NCBI GenBank assembly: GCA_965116885.1 | Contig: OZ220741.1 | Location: 4,320,001-4,384,000 of the forward strand | Origin: Candidatus Latescibacterota bacterium | GTDB taxonomy: Bacteria > Latescibacterota > UBA2968 | Direction: 5' to 3' | DNA length: 64,000 nt | Shown here: positions 10,546 through 18,879 of the stretch, piece by piece | Position numbering within the stretch: position 1 is the first letter of the stretch | Layout of the letters: every line of letters begins with the position of its first letter | Notes under the pieces: generated by a model | Told to the model about the DNA's origin: nothing | Database searches by the model: none | Seen by the model: the letters and a program-made list of their open reading frames with translations, nothing else | Program-made: the position numbers and the translations under genes

Positions 10546-11394
10546 ATGTTCAACGCCTCATCCAAAAAATCAGATACCAGTCTCGAATACTATCTCAAAG
10601 AACTCTCCCATTCACACCCCCTTTCTGCTTCAGAAGAATTTGAACTCGCCGTCAAAATGAAGCGAGGTGATCTCAAAGCGCGCAATCGTCTGATCAAAGC
10701 CAACCTCCGTTTTGTGGTCAACGTGGCTCTGAAATACCGCAATCAAGGCGTGGCCCTGGCCGACCTGATCAGCGCCGGCAATGTGGGACTCATCACAGCT
10801 ACCGAACGCTTTGACGAAACACGAGGTTTCAAATTTATCTCTTATGCTGTCTGGTGGATTCGCCAATCTATTCTACAGACGCTCGCCGAACAGGGGCGTA
10901 TGATCCGTTTGCCCATCAATCAACTGGATCTGCTGCGCCGGATTAAAAATTTCAGCGATCAGTATCAATCCAATAAAGGCTACATGCCCACAGAGGCAGA
11001 AATCGCCACTGAATTTCACATCACCGAAGATCAGGTCAGCGATATGCTTTCTCACAGTCCAATCGTATTTTCTCTGGACAAACCGATTCACGACGAAGAT
11101 GCAACCCTTATTGATTTGATCCCCGACAAAGACCAGACGCCACCAGACGCTGCTATGTTTAACAATGCCCTGCGAGAAGAAGTCAACGATCTGCTCTACA
11201 CACTGGACGATCGCGAAGCCGACGTCATCCGTCTCTATTTCGGCCTCGACGGCCCCAGTTGGACACTTCAGGCAATAGCCAACAAATATAGCCTCACGCG
11301 TGAGCGCGTGCGGCAAATTAAGGAAAAAGCCCTGCGTAAATTGCGTCACCCCTCTCGGGGACACAAACTCATCGCGTATGCAGAAGCCGGCTAA
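10546..11394 (+). CDS. RNA polymerase sigma-70 factor (RpoD/RpoS-like, no region 1.1)
   Basis: ANLRFVVNVA, DLISAGNVGL, RGFKFISYAVWWIRQSI, region 4 LTRERVRQIKEKALRKLR; SD AAGGAG. Confidence 0.93.
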   Translation: MFNASSKKSDTSLEYYLKELSHSHPLSASEEFELAVKMKRGDLKARNRLIKANLRFVVNVALKYRNQGVALADLISAGNVGLITATERFDETRGFKFISYAVWWIRQSILQTLAEQGRMIRLPINQLDLLRRIKNFSDQYQSNKGYMPTEAEIATEFHITEDQVSDMLSHSPIVFSLDKPIHDEDATLIDLIPDKDQTPPDAAMFNNALREEVNDLLYTLDDREADVIRLYFGLDGPSWTLQAIANKYSLTRERVRQIKEKALRKLRHPSRGHKLIAYAEAG

Positions 11395-11414
11395 TCCATT
11401 ACATCTCTCCCAGG

Positions 11415-11460
11415 ATAAAAAAGCCTTTGAAGTGCATATCTTCAGAGGCTTTTTTATTTT
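11415..11460. terminator. Bidirectional-type intrinsic terminator after the sigma factor
   Basis: AAAAAAGCCTTTGAAG-tgcatat-CTTCAGAGGCTTTTTT. Confidence 0.85.
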
Positions 11461-11470
11461 CCACCAAAAC

Positions 11471-11508
11471 TTGATTTGTCTGGGGTTATTATGTACATTT
11501 CTGTACAT
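11471..11508 (+). promoter_or_regulatory. Putative TA promoter with two TGTACA operator palindromes
   Basis: TTGATT (11471) - 17 bp - TACATT (11494); TGTACA at 11492 and 11502 overlap or abut the -10. Confidence 0.6.
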
Positions 11509-11526
11509 AATTGTAAAGGAGGACAA

Positions 11527-11760
11527 ATGAAAACTGTGACTTTCACTGAATTTCGTCAGCATGCGGCGGCGTGTTTAAATGCCGTTGAACAGGGTGAGAC
11601 GTTTCGTATCTTGCGACACGGCAAGCCCGTCGCTGATTTAACACCTATAAAAACAGACAACTCTGTGCCTTCCTGGAAACGGTGTATTGAACCAATCAGG
11701 CTAAAAGGTATTTCTGTTTCAGATATGATAATAAAAGAAAGAGATGAGTACGGACGATGA
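11527..11760 (+). CDS. Phd/YefM family antitoxin
   Basis: MKTVTFTEFRQH...VEQGETFRILRHGKPVADL; SD AGGAGG; ATGA overlap with the PIN gene. Confidence 0.9.
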   Translation: MKTVTFTEFRQHAAACLNAVEQGETFRILRHGKPVADLTPIKTDNSVPSWKRCIEPIRLKGISVSDMIIKERDEYGR

Positions 11761-12179
11761 ATGCTTTTTTTGATTCTTCTGCCCTTGTCAAAAGATATGT
11801 TGAAGAAGATGGACGAGAAAGAGTTATCAATATCTTTGAAGAGGCAAGTGCTATAGGGGTAAGTGTTATCTGTTTTCCCGAGGTTATTTCGGCATTTTGC
11901 AGGTTACAGCGAGAAGGGAATTTGGACAAGCCTCAATATGAGCGAATTAAAGGCGATATGATTGCAGATTTTGAAGACTTCTTTATTTCTGCGATTACCC
12001 CACAAGTAAGAGGGTGTGTTACACGTCTTTTAGAAACATATTCTTTGCGCGCTATGGATGCACTGCACCTCGGAAGTGCTATTGAATGGCAAGCCGATAC
12101 CTTTGTTTCGGGAGACAAGCGTCAGATTATTGCAGCTCAAAATGAAGGATTAGATGTACTTGATATCCAGGATGAATAA
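11757..12179 (+). CDS. vapC: VapC family PIN-domain toxin
   Basis: FFDSSALVKRYVEE, LRAMDALHLGSA, FVSGDKRQ. Confidence 0.9.
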   Translation: MNAFFDSSALVKRYVEEDGRERVINIFEEASAIGVSVICFPEVISAFCRLQREGNLDKPQYERIKGDMIADFEDFFISAITPQVRGCVTRLLETYSLRAMDALHLGSAIEWQADTFVSGDKRQIIAAQNEGLDVLDIQDE

Positions 12180-12260
12180 GGTTTTTTCCCTCTTTTTTTG
12201 ACTTTGCTTTATTTTTATTTTTTAAGTCACTATTTACCGAGACCCAACAGGAGGCAAGCA

Positions 12261-12830
12261 ATGGACGTTTTGGAAGCCATTCACACGCGGCGCACAATTT
12301 TTAAGTTCAAACCAGGTGGTGTGCCCAAAGATGTAATCGAAAAAATTTTTGAAGCCGGTCTGTGGGCGCCCAATCACCATTTGACAGAACCGTGGCGGTT
12401 TGTAGTCCTGGGAGAAGAAACCAAAGAAATACTGGCGCAACGCTACAGCGAAATTCAGGAGGCAAAAGCGGCTGAAGGTGCCAGCGACGAGGCCAGGCGC
12501 ATATTAAAAGATGCCGGTTATGACAAGTTCATGTCAAAGCCCACAATTATTGCGGTGGCGTGTTTGCAAGATGGCGATGACATCAAGAACAGAGAAGATT
12601 ATGCGGCTGCGTGTTGCGCCATGCAAAATGTACAGTTGGCTGCCTGGGCAGAAGGGGTTGGCATGCAGTGGAGCACGGGGCCGATCACGCTGGAAGAAAA
12701 CACCTACAAATTGCTGGGTGTAGATACCGGGAACGAATACATCATCGGATTTTTCTATACCGGATATCCCGATGAAATTCCAGAACCGAGGCGCAAGCCC
12801 CTCGAAGAAGTACTGAGCTGGACGGATTGA
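12261..12830 (+). CDS. Nitroreductase family flavoprotein (YdjA-like)
   Basis: MDVLEAIHTRRTI, WAPNHHLTEPWRF, QNVQLAAWAEGVG; SD AGGAGG. Confidence 0.9.
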   Translation: MDVLEAIHTRRTIFKFKPGGVPKDVIEKIFEAGLWAPNHHLTEPWRFVVLGEETKEILAQRYSEIQEAKAAEGASDEARRILKDAGYDKFMSKPTIIAVACLQDGDDIKNREDYAAACCAMQNVQLAAWAEGVGMQWSTGPITLEENTYKLLGVDTGNEYIIGFFYTGYPDEIPEPRRKPLEEVLSWTD

Positions 12831-13654
12831 TTCCGCTAACCATGAATGGCTTTGAATTTTTTATCCTCTATCGCCTGCCCTATTTTGCATTGCCTTTCTA
12901 TCTTATCATGCTTGGCGTGCGAATATGGGTGTGGATGCGGTTTTACAACCCCGCGCTCAAGCTATTGCCACGCGCCAGAGGATCTGTATATGGCGTGTGG
13001 AAGCAGCAGTACCGCCCAACCATTCACATTTTTCCCGGATCGCGCTCACAAAGCACAGAATGGAAGCGTGCGATAAAAGGCTTTGTTTTTTTTATTGGTC
13101 TCTATAAGCGCGACAAAATACTGTGGCTGGGCTCCTGGTCCCTCCATTTGGGGCTGCTCCTAGTAATTGTTGCCCATGTCCGCGTGATTTTGCCGCTTGA
13201 CCTGGACCCAATCTGTTTGCGCATCGCATTGATCGGCAGTGGATTGATGGCAGTGTCGGGCACTTATTTATTGCTGCGTCGGATAATCGTTCAACGCGTG
13301 CGAGAAATTACAGACTTTCGGGACTATCTCGCGGAATTCATCCTCCTGTTTTTTTCTGCGACAGCATTTCTCGTGATGTTAGACGGTGGCGTGTCATCCG
13401 AAGCCCTGCGCCACTATGTATCTGGGCTGTTGATGAACACAGTGGAAGTTATTGAAGTGCCACACATTTTTGTCTGGCACATGCTCGCCGCCCAGCTCTT
13501 ATTGATGGTGATCCCATTTTCCCATCTGTTGCATCTGGGCGGGATTTTTTTCAGTCGCGAATTTCTGGGCACATCCGATACATTTGCGGGGGAATTTGGA
13601 TCGGGATTTTCAGGATTAAAGGATGAGCAGGATGAAAAGATGAAAAACTCGTAG
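12827..13654 (+). CDS. dsrM: DsrM/NarI-like membrane di-haem cytochrome b (start 12827 TTG or 12842 ATG)
   Basis: Several TM helices; His pairs SLHLGLLLVIVAHVR and WHMLAA...PFSHLLH; LLLRRI..QRVREIT..DY; directly upstream of a DsrK-like gene. Confidence 0.75.
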   Translation: MIPLTMNGFEFFILYRLPYFALPFYLIMLGVRIWVWMRFYNPALKLLPRARGSVYGVWKQQYRPTIHIFPGSRSQSTEWKRAIKGFVFFIGLYKRDKILWLGSWSLHLGLLLVIVAHVRVILPLDLDPICLRIALIGSGLMAVSGTYLLLRRIIVQRVREITDFRDYLAEFILLFFSATAFLVMLDGGVSSEALRHYVSGLLMNTVEVIEVPHIFVWHMLAAQLLLMVIPFSHLLHLGGIFFSREFLGTSDTFAGEFGSGFSGLKDEQDEKMKNS

Positions 13655-13711
13655 GGGCGGTGCGTGAACGGGTCTGGACAGCGCCCCGTTGTACACCGCT
13701 CGTGCCCGCCC
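13651..13711. repeat. GTAG-type REP-like element between dsrM and dsrK
   Basis: GTAGGGGCGGTGCGTGAAC...CGCCCC...GCCCGCCC; GTAG foot plus GGGCG/CGCCC arms. Confidence 0.45.
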
Positions 13712-13729
13712 ATCGCAGGGATTGAACGA

Positions 13730-15064
13730 ATGGAACGAGAAAAAAAATACATTCCATCGGGCCTGGCTGGCACGTATATGCGGCGCATTGCCGAATCGGA
13801 TCCGTTTGTCCGCGAGATCCAGGATGAACCGTCGGCATTGCGTTTGTACATGGATACGTGTACCAAATGTGGGGTGTGTGCGCAGGAATGCCCGGTGTAT
13901 TACGGGCAGCCCGATAAGCGTATGCATCCGGTGGAACGCTCTCGGCAAGTGATTCGTTTATACAAAAAATATACGACATTTTGGGGGCGATTTTGGAACG
14001 CCATTTTTCCAAAGCCAGATTTTGAAGATAATGATGCCGAGTTGTTTGCCGAGCGCATGTACGAGTGTTTGACGTGTCGGCGGTGTGCGGCATTTTGTCC
14101 TGTGGGAATCGATCATTCGGTGATCTCGCGCGTTGGACGCTCACTTGTCGATTTAATGGGTTTGACGCCGCCATCCCTTGCTCAGGGTACGCACAATTCG
14201 TTTGAAACAGGCAATTTGGAAGGTGCGTCAGCCGAGGCATTTTTAGACGCGATTCAATTTATCGAAGAAGAGCTCAAAGAAGAAACGGGACGAGATATTG
14301 CCATTCCCTTAGACCGCGAAGGCGCGGAAATTTTCTTTTTGCCACCATCGGGTGATGTGCTGGTTTATGCTGAAAACTTAATGGGTATGGCAAAAATTTT
14401 TCACGCCATCGGTGCCGATTGGACGATGAGCTCGCGGGCATTTGACGGATCGAATTTCGGATTTACGACCGGCAATAATTTTTCAATGAAGTACGAGAAC
14501 AAACACTACATCGACGCATGCGAAAAATTGGGATGTAAGATCATGGTAATGGGTGAATGCGGACATGCGTATCGGGTGATGAAGTTCATGGCCAGCGAAG
14601 GACGCTGGTGGGGTGCATTGCCTTTTGAGATTACCAGTGGGTTTGAATATACGGCACAACTTATTCGCACGGGCAAACTGAAATTGGATCCTGGCAAAAA
14701 TCCCGATCCCGTGACCTATCACGACGCTTGCCAATTTGCTGCCGGGTGCGGGATTGTTGAGGAACCCAGAGAGATTTTGAAAGCGGCCTGTGTCGATTAC
14801 CGCGAAATGCCCGATGGTGGGTACACGCAGTGGTGTTGCGGTGGTGGCGGCGGGTTATCGGCACTCCGCTCGGTGCGCGCGTTTCGAATGGAGGTCTCGG
14901 GCAAAAAGAAAGCAGAGCAAATGCGCGAGACCGATGCGGAGATCGTATCGACCTCGTGTTTGCAGTGCCGCACACAACTCAAAGAAATCGCGCGCCATCA
15001 CAAAATGCCACTAAAAATTACAGGTGTACACGAGTTGATCAACAATGCGATTGTACTGGAATAG
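13730..15064 (+). CDS. dsrK: DsrK/HdrD-like Fe-S protein (2x[4Fe-4S] plus CCG domains)
   Basis: CTKCGVCAQECP, CLTCRRCAAFCP, GECGH, YHDAC, WCCGGGGG, SCLQC; ATG 13730 preferred to GTG 13664, which lies in the REP-like DNA. Confidence 0.8.
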   Translation: MEREKKYIPSGLAGTYMRRIAESDPFVREIQDEPSALRLYMDTCTKCGVCAQECPVYYGQPDKRMHPVERSRQVIRLYKKYTTFWGRFWNAIFPKPDFEDNDAELFAERMYECLTCRRCAAFCPVGIDHSVISRVGRSLVDLMGLTPPSLAQGTHNSFETGNLEGASAEAFLDAIQFIEEELKEETGRDIAIPLDREGAEIFFLPPSGDVLVYAENLMGMAKIFHAIGADWTMSSRAFDGSNFGFTTGNNFSMKYENKHYIDACEKLGCKIMVMGECGHAYRVMKFMASEGRWWGALPFEITSGFEYTAQLIRTGKLKLDPGKNPDPVTYHDACQFAAGCGIVEEPREILKAACVDYREMPDGGYTQWCCGGGGGLSALRSVRAFRMEVSGKKKAEQMRETDAEIVSTSCLQCRTQLKEIARHHKMPLKITGVHELINNAIVLE

Positions 15065-15074
15065 CCTATAGCTC

Positions 15075-16292
15075 ATGTCTGATTTAATTTACATGGACAA
15101 CGCGGCGACGACGTTTCCAAAGCCCCCCAGTGTGCTGGAAGACGCGCTGGCATTTTATCGAAAATACGGGGTAAATCCCGGGCGCAGTGGCACGGATCTG
15201 GCGCGCGAGGCCGAGGCTATGGTCGCCGAAGCGCGTACATCACTCGCGTCGTTTTTTGGAGCCACGGGCAGTCCCGACCGGCTTGTGTTTACACACAATG
15301 CCTCGGATGCGTTGAATATTGCGATTCAGGGCACGTTGAAATCCGGCGATCACGTAATTACAACTTGTCTGGATCACAATTCGGTTTTGCGCCCGATATA
15401 CCATCTCTCAAAATATGAGGGAATTGAGGCGACTTATGTGGGCTTTGGGACAGATGGCTTTATCGACCCGGAGGATATTGATAGGGCGATCAGGCCAAAC
15501 ACAAAACTCGTCGTGATGACCCATGCATCCAATGTACTGGGCACTGTGCAACCCGTAGCAGCCGTCGGCGCAATCTGCCGCGCAAGCGGTGTAATTTTTT
15601 GCGTTGATGTGGCGCAAACAGCGGGCATGTTGCCCATTGATATGGAGGCAATGCAGGCCGACATTTTGTGTTTTACCGGACACAAGTCACTCATGGGACC
15701 AACGGGGACTGGTGGGATGTACGTGCGCGACGGGGTGACAATTGCACCGTTGCGATACGGCGGAACGGGTGTGCGATCGGAGTATCCCGATCACCTAAGC
15801 GAGTATCCCTGGCGATTGGAGTGTGGCACGGGCAACCTGATGGGTATTGCGGGGCTGTTATACGCGCAAAAATGGATGCAACGCAAAGGCATAGAAAATA
15901 TTCACGCACGCGAGATGGCTTTGTTCAAACAACTGGTCAATGGCCTGCGCGAAGTCGATGGGACCATTTTGTATTGCGCTGAAAATTTTGATCAACACGT
16001 ACCTGTATTGTCAGCCAATATCGAAGGGATGACTGCAAACAATGTGGGTACATTGCTGGATGTGAAGTTCAATGTGGCAACGCGTACGGGATTGCAATGC
16101 GCGCCAAAGGTACATGAAACTCTGGGTACGAAAGCGATGAAGGGTACGGTACGTATTTCATTGGGACCCTTTAATACCGAAGCACAAATTGAAACTGTGA
16201 TCGAGGGCTTGAGCGATATTTCCCAACGGCACGGACGACGCGATGTACAATTGCACCAGCAGGTAAAAGGTCAGGTGCGGAATGGCGTATGA
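15075..16292 (+). CDS. Cysteine desulfurase family protein (class V PLP, SufS/CsdA-like)
   Basis: IYMDNAATT, HNSVLRP, THASNV, DVAQTAG, FTGHK (PLP Lys), RTGLQCAP (catalytic Cys), GTVRIS. Confidence 0.9.
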   Translation: MSDLIYMDNAATTFPKPPSVLEDALAFYRKYGVNPGRSGTDLAREAEAMVAEARTSLASFFGATGSPDRLVFTHNASDALNIAIQGTLKSGDHVITTCLDHNSVLRPIYHLSKYEGIEATYVGFGTDGFIDPEDIDRAIRPNTKLVVMTHASNVLGTVQPVAAVGAICRASGVIFCVDVAQTAGMLPIDMEAMQADILCFTGHKSLMGPTGTGGMYVRDGVTIAPLRYGGTGVRSEYPDHLSEYPWRLECGTGNLMGIAGLLYAQKWMQRKGIENIHAREMALFKQLVNGLREVDGTILYCAENFDQHVPVLSANIEGMTANNVGTLLDVKFNVATRTGLQCAPKVHETLGTKAMKGTVRISLGPFNTEAQIETVIEGLSDISQRHGRRDVQLHQQVKGQVRNGV

Positions 16293-16605
16293 AATTGTGA
16301 CGCTGGGCGGCAAAGAAATTGAGGTAGATGAAGATGGATTTATCCAACAGCCCGAGCTTTGGGACGAAGATGTAGCGCGCGATCTGGCCCGACAAGATGG
16401 TATTGAAGAGATGAGTGAAGATCACTGGCAGGTCGTGTATTATATCCGCAATTATTGGTTGAAATTTGAAATCGCCCCATTGATCCGCCGCCTTTGTAAA
16501 GAGACGGAGAAAGATATCGATACAATTTACGACCTGTTTTCTGCTGGTCCCGCAGATGGCGCGTGTAAAATCGCAGGTCTGCCGACGCCTACGGGTTGTA
16601 CGTGA
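16282..16605 (+). CDS. dsrC: DsrC-family sulfur carrier with two C-terminal cysteines
   Basis: IEVDEDGFI, HWQVVYYIR, LFSAGPA, CKIAGLPTPTGC (Cx10C); overlaps the desulfurase stop by 11 nt. Confidence 0.9.
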   Translation: MAYEIVTLGGKEIEVDEDGFIQQPELWDEDVARDLARQDGIEEMSEDHWQVVYYIRNYWLKFEIAPLIRRLCKETEKDIDTIYDLFSAGPADGACKIAGLPTPTGCT

Positions 16606-16632
16606 TCATTAAACAAAAAAATAAGACAAAAA

Positions 16633-16911
16633 ATGAGGCCCAAAATGTCGTCTATAAAGATTGAATGTCCCGCCCACATTCTGGATGCCCTAAAAGAAAC
16701 TCCTGATGAATTTGCACGGGAAGCACGGATACTCTTGGCAGCAAAGCTATATGAAATTGGTCGCTTATCCTCAGGGAGAGCCGCGGAACTCGCAGGCTTG
16801 GGTAGAGTAGCTTTTTTTGATATGTTGAAGTCTTACAAAGTGCCTGTCGCAAATTTAACCCGTGAAGAGTTAAAAAAGGACTTTGAGAGTGCCAGGAAGA
16901 TGCGTGGTTGA
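16633..16911 (+). CDS. UPF0175 family (HTH antitoxin-like) protein; start may be 16645
   Basis: AAKLYEIGRLSSGRAAELAGL motif. Confidence 0.85.
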   Translation: MRPKMSSIKIECPAHILDALKETPDEFAREARILLAAKLYEIGRLSSGRAAELAGLGRVAFFDMLKSYKVPVANLTREELKKDFESARKMRG

Positions 16912-16934
16912 TGCAGACGATTTTTAGGCCGATA

Positions 16935-16968
16935 AAAATAGCGACCTCATTAATGAGGTCGCTATTTT
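16935..16968. terminator. Perfect 34-bp palindrome, likely bidirectional terminator between convergent operons
   Basis: AAAATAGCGACCTCATT|AATGAGGTCGCTATTTT with A/T-rich flanks. Confidence 0.8.
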
Positions 16969-16993
16969 ATTTTTTAAAATTTTTACATATGAA

Positions 16994-17893
16994 CTATTGC
17001 CCTGTACGCGCTTGAATATTCGACATATCTTCAATAATCGTGAGCAAACCCGAGTGGTCGAGTTCGCCGCGGCCTTTGACCATTGCGGTCTTAAAAAGCT
17101 CAAAAACCTCACTGGTAACGGGCAGGGGCACGTCGAAATCATTGCTCGTTTTCTGGATGATATTGAGGTCTTTGTAGTGCAGGCGAATGCGAAAGCCGGG
17201 ATCAAAATCGCCATTGACCATGCGCTCACCCCTGTTTTCAAGTACACCGCAGCGAGCGAGGCCCCCGCTGAGCACCTGAACGATTTTGATTGGATCAACG
17301 CCCGCTTTGGTACCCATTGTGAGGGCTTCTGATACACCGGCAATCGTGACGGCAACGAGGATTTGATTGCACGCTTTCACGGTTTGCCCTGCGCCGAGAG
17401 GCCCACACAAAATCGCACTTTGGCCCATAACGTCAAAGAGCGGTTTGACCGTGTTGAACGTGTCTTCATCGCCGCCAACCATAATCGAAAGGGTCGCGTT
17501 TTGGGCACCGATATCACCGCCGCTAACGGGTGCATCGAGACTTTGGACGCCTTTTTCCGCGAGCACCTCCCCCACCCTTGTGGTGACACTGGGCGCAATC
17601 GTGCTCATATCGACGAAAACCAGCCCCTCGTGCGCGCCTTCAAGAATACCCCCTTCGCCCAAAGCGACACTCTCGACATCGGGTGAATCGGGCAACATAG
17701 TGATAACGATATCGCTTTGCTCAGCCACCTCTTTGCCAGAATGCGCTTCTGCTGCCCCTTTACCCACGAGTTCATCGACCGCATCTCGATTGCGGTTGTG
17801 TACAACGAGTTCATATCCAGCATCTATCAAATGACCGGCCATCGGTTTGCCCATGATCCCGAGACCGATAAACCCAATTTTTGGCTTCGACAT
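16994..17893 (-). CDS. garR: 2-hydroxy-3-oxopropionate (tartronate semialdehyde) reductase / beta-hydroxyacid dehydrogenase
   Basis: IGFIGLGIMGKPMA, DAPVSGG, GAGQTVKACNQI, FDPGFRIRLHYKDL. Confidence 0.85.
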   Translation of the reverse strand: MSKPKIGFIGLGIMGKPMAGHLIDAGYELVVHNRNRDAVDELVGKGAAEAHSGKEVAEQSDIVITMLPDSPDVESVALGEGGILEGAHEGLVFVDMSTIAPSVTTRVGEVLAEKGVQSLDAPVSGGDIGAQNATLSIMVGGDEDTFNTVKPLFDVMGQSAILCGPLGAGQTVKACNQILVAVTIAGVSEALTMGTKAGVDPIKIVQVLSGGLARCGVLENRGERMVNGDFDPGFRIRLHYKDLNIIQKTSNDFDVPLPVTSEVFELFKTAMVKGRGELDHSGLLTIIEDMSNIQARTGQ

Positions 17894-17941
17894 GTATTAA
17901 ACTCCTTTCAACGAAAATATAATTTGTCAAAACAAGGATTT

Positions 17942-18865
17942 CTACAACTTCCTCAACTCCGCAAGCGAGGGAAAGGCATGACTCTCCCACACCCGCACGA
18001 TCACTCCATCCACGATATAGGCCAGACGCGGATAGCCGTGCCCAAAGGTCAAGCGCTTGAAATCGACAAAAGAAATAGTTGCTATGGTAAAGCGCGGTCG
18101 AAACTGCATTTTGAACTGCGCGGTCACGGGATGATCTTTGGGATACTGGCTCAAAGCAATCAATCTGGGCACCTCTGGATCGGCAGCCCAGAAATTGAGC
18201 TTAGGCACGGCGGCCTGGCAATAGTGACAACTTGGACTAAACAACTCGATCAGATAGGCTCCACGCGTCAAATCGATATCTGTATCTAACAGGGATAAAC
18301 CTTTCAGATAATCGCCCACTTGCAGGTCTGAATCAGCTATTCGATCGCGCTCGGGCACATATCTAAAACCCAGTACAGCCAGAGCAACCAATCCACCGAC
18401 CAGAACCACCCACCTGCTCCATGCCCACAGCGCAACAGACCGCCGACGCAGCCCCCACCAGGAAAAGACCAGCAACCCCAGCATAATACAATTTTCCACC
18501 ATTGCCTCAGTTGGCGACCGATCCACCAGAGTACCAAAACACCCACAACTCTCCCCCATCCCCCGATGCAAGGCATGGGCGGTAATCGCGATAAAAAAAA
18601 CCATCATCACCACACCTATAGGCAAAACGAGACGCGGCTTCCAATCGACCAGAAGCGCGAGACCCACCAGGCATTCTAACGGGCCGAGCAACAGAGCCAA
18701 TTTGGCGACCATTTCCACTGTCTCGCGCCCGACAAAAATCTGGGCAGGCACCACAGCCTCCCAAAAAAAGAGTACGGGGTCCCATATCTTAGTCAGGCCA
18801 GCCACGAGAAAAACCACACCCATAATTCTCTGGCTTACCCACAGGCTCTTTTCTAATCCACTCAT
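17942..18865 (-). CDS. MauE/DoxX-like membrane protein fused to a thioredoxin-like domain
   Basis: VFLVAGLTKI, CGCFG motif, C-terminal FSPSCHYCQ (CxxC) and YP cis-Pro-like motif. Confidence 0.75.
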   Translation of the reverse strand: MSGLEKSLWVSQRIMGVVFLVAGLTKIWDPVLFFWEAVVPAQIFVGRETVEMVAKLALLLGPLECLVGLALLVDWKPRLVLPIGVVMMVFFIAITAHALHRGMGESCGCFGTLVDRSPTEAMVENCIMLGLLVFSWWGLRRRSVALWAWSRWVVLVGGLVALAVLGFRYVPERDRIADSDLQVGDYLKGLSLLDTDIDLTRGAYLIELFSPSCHYCQAAVPKLNFWAADPEVPRLIALSQYPKDHPVTAQFKMQFRPRFTIATISFVDFKRLTFGHGYPRLAYIVDGVIVRVWESHAFPSLAELRKL

Positions 18866-18879
18866 AGATGTTTCCTCTT

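Noticed and set aside
12827..16605. Calling the organism a sulfate reducer or reverse-Dsr sulfur oxidiser
   Set aside because: No dsrAB, aprAB, sat, qmo or dsrJOP in the window; the metabolism cannot be inferred from dsrMKC alone
16603..16635. The dsrC TGA is in frame with the UPF0175 ORF with no stop between them (possible read-through or Sec)
   Set aside because: DsrC needs its penultimate Cys at a free C-terminus, the linker is A-rich with no SECIS-like hairpin, and the TGA does not align with a Cys position
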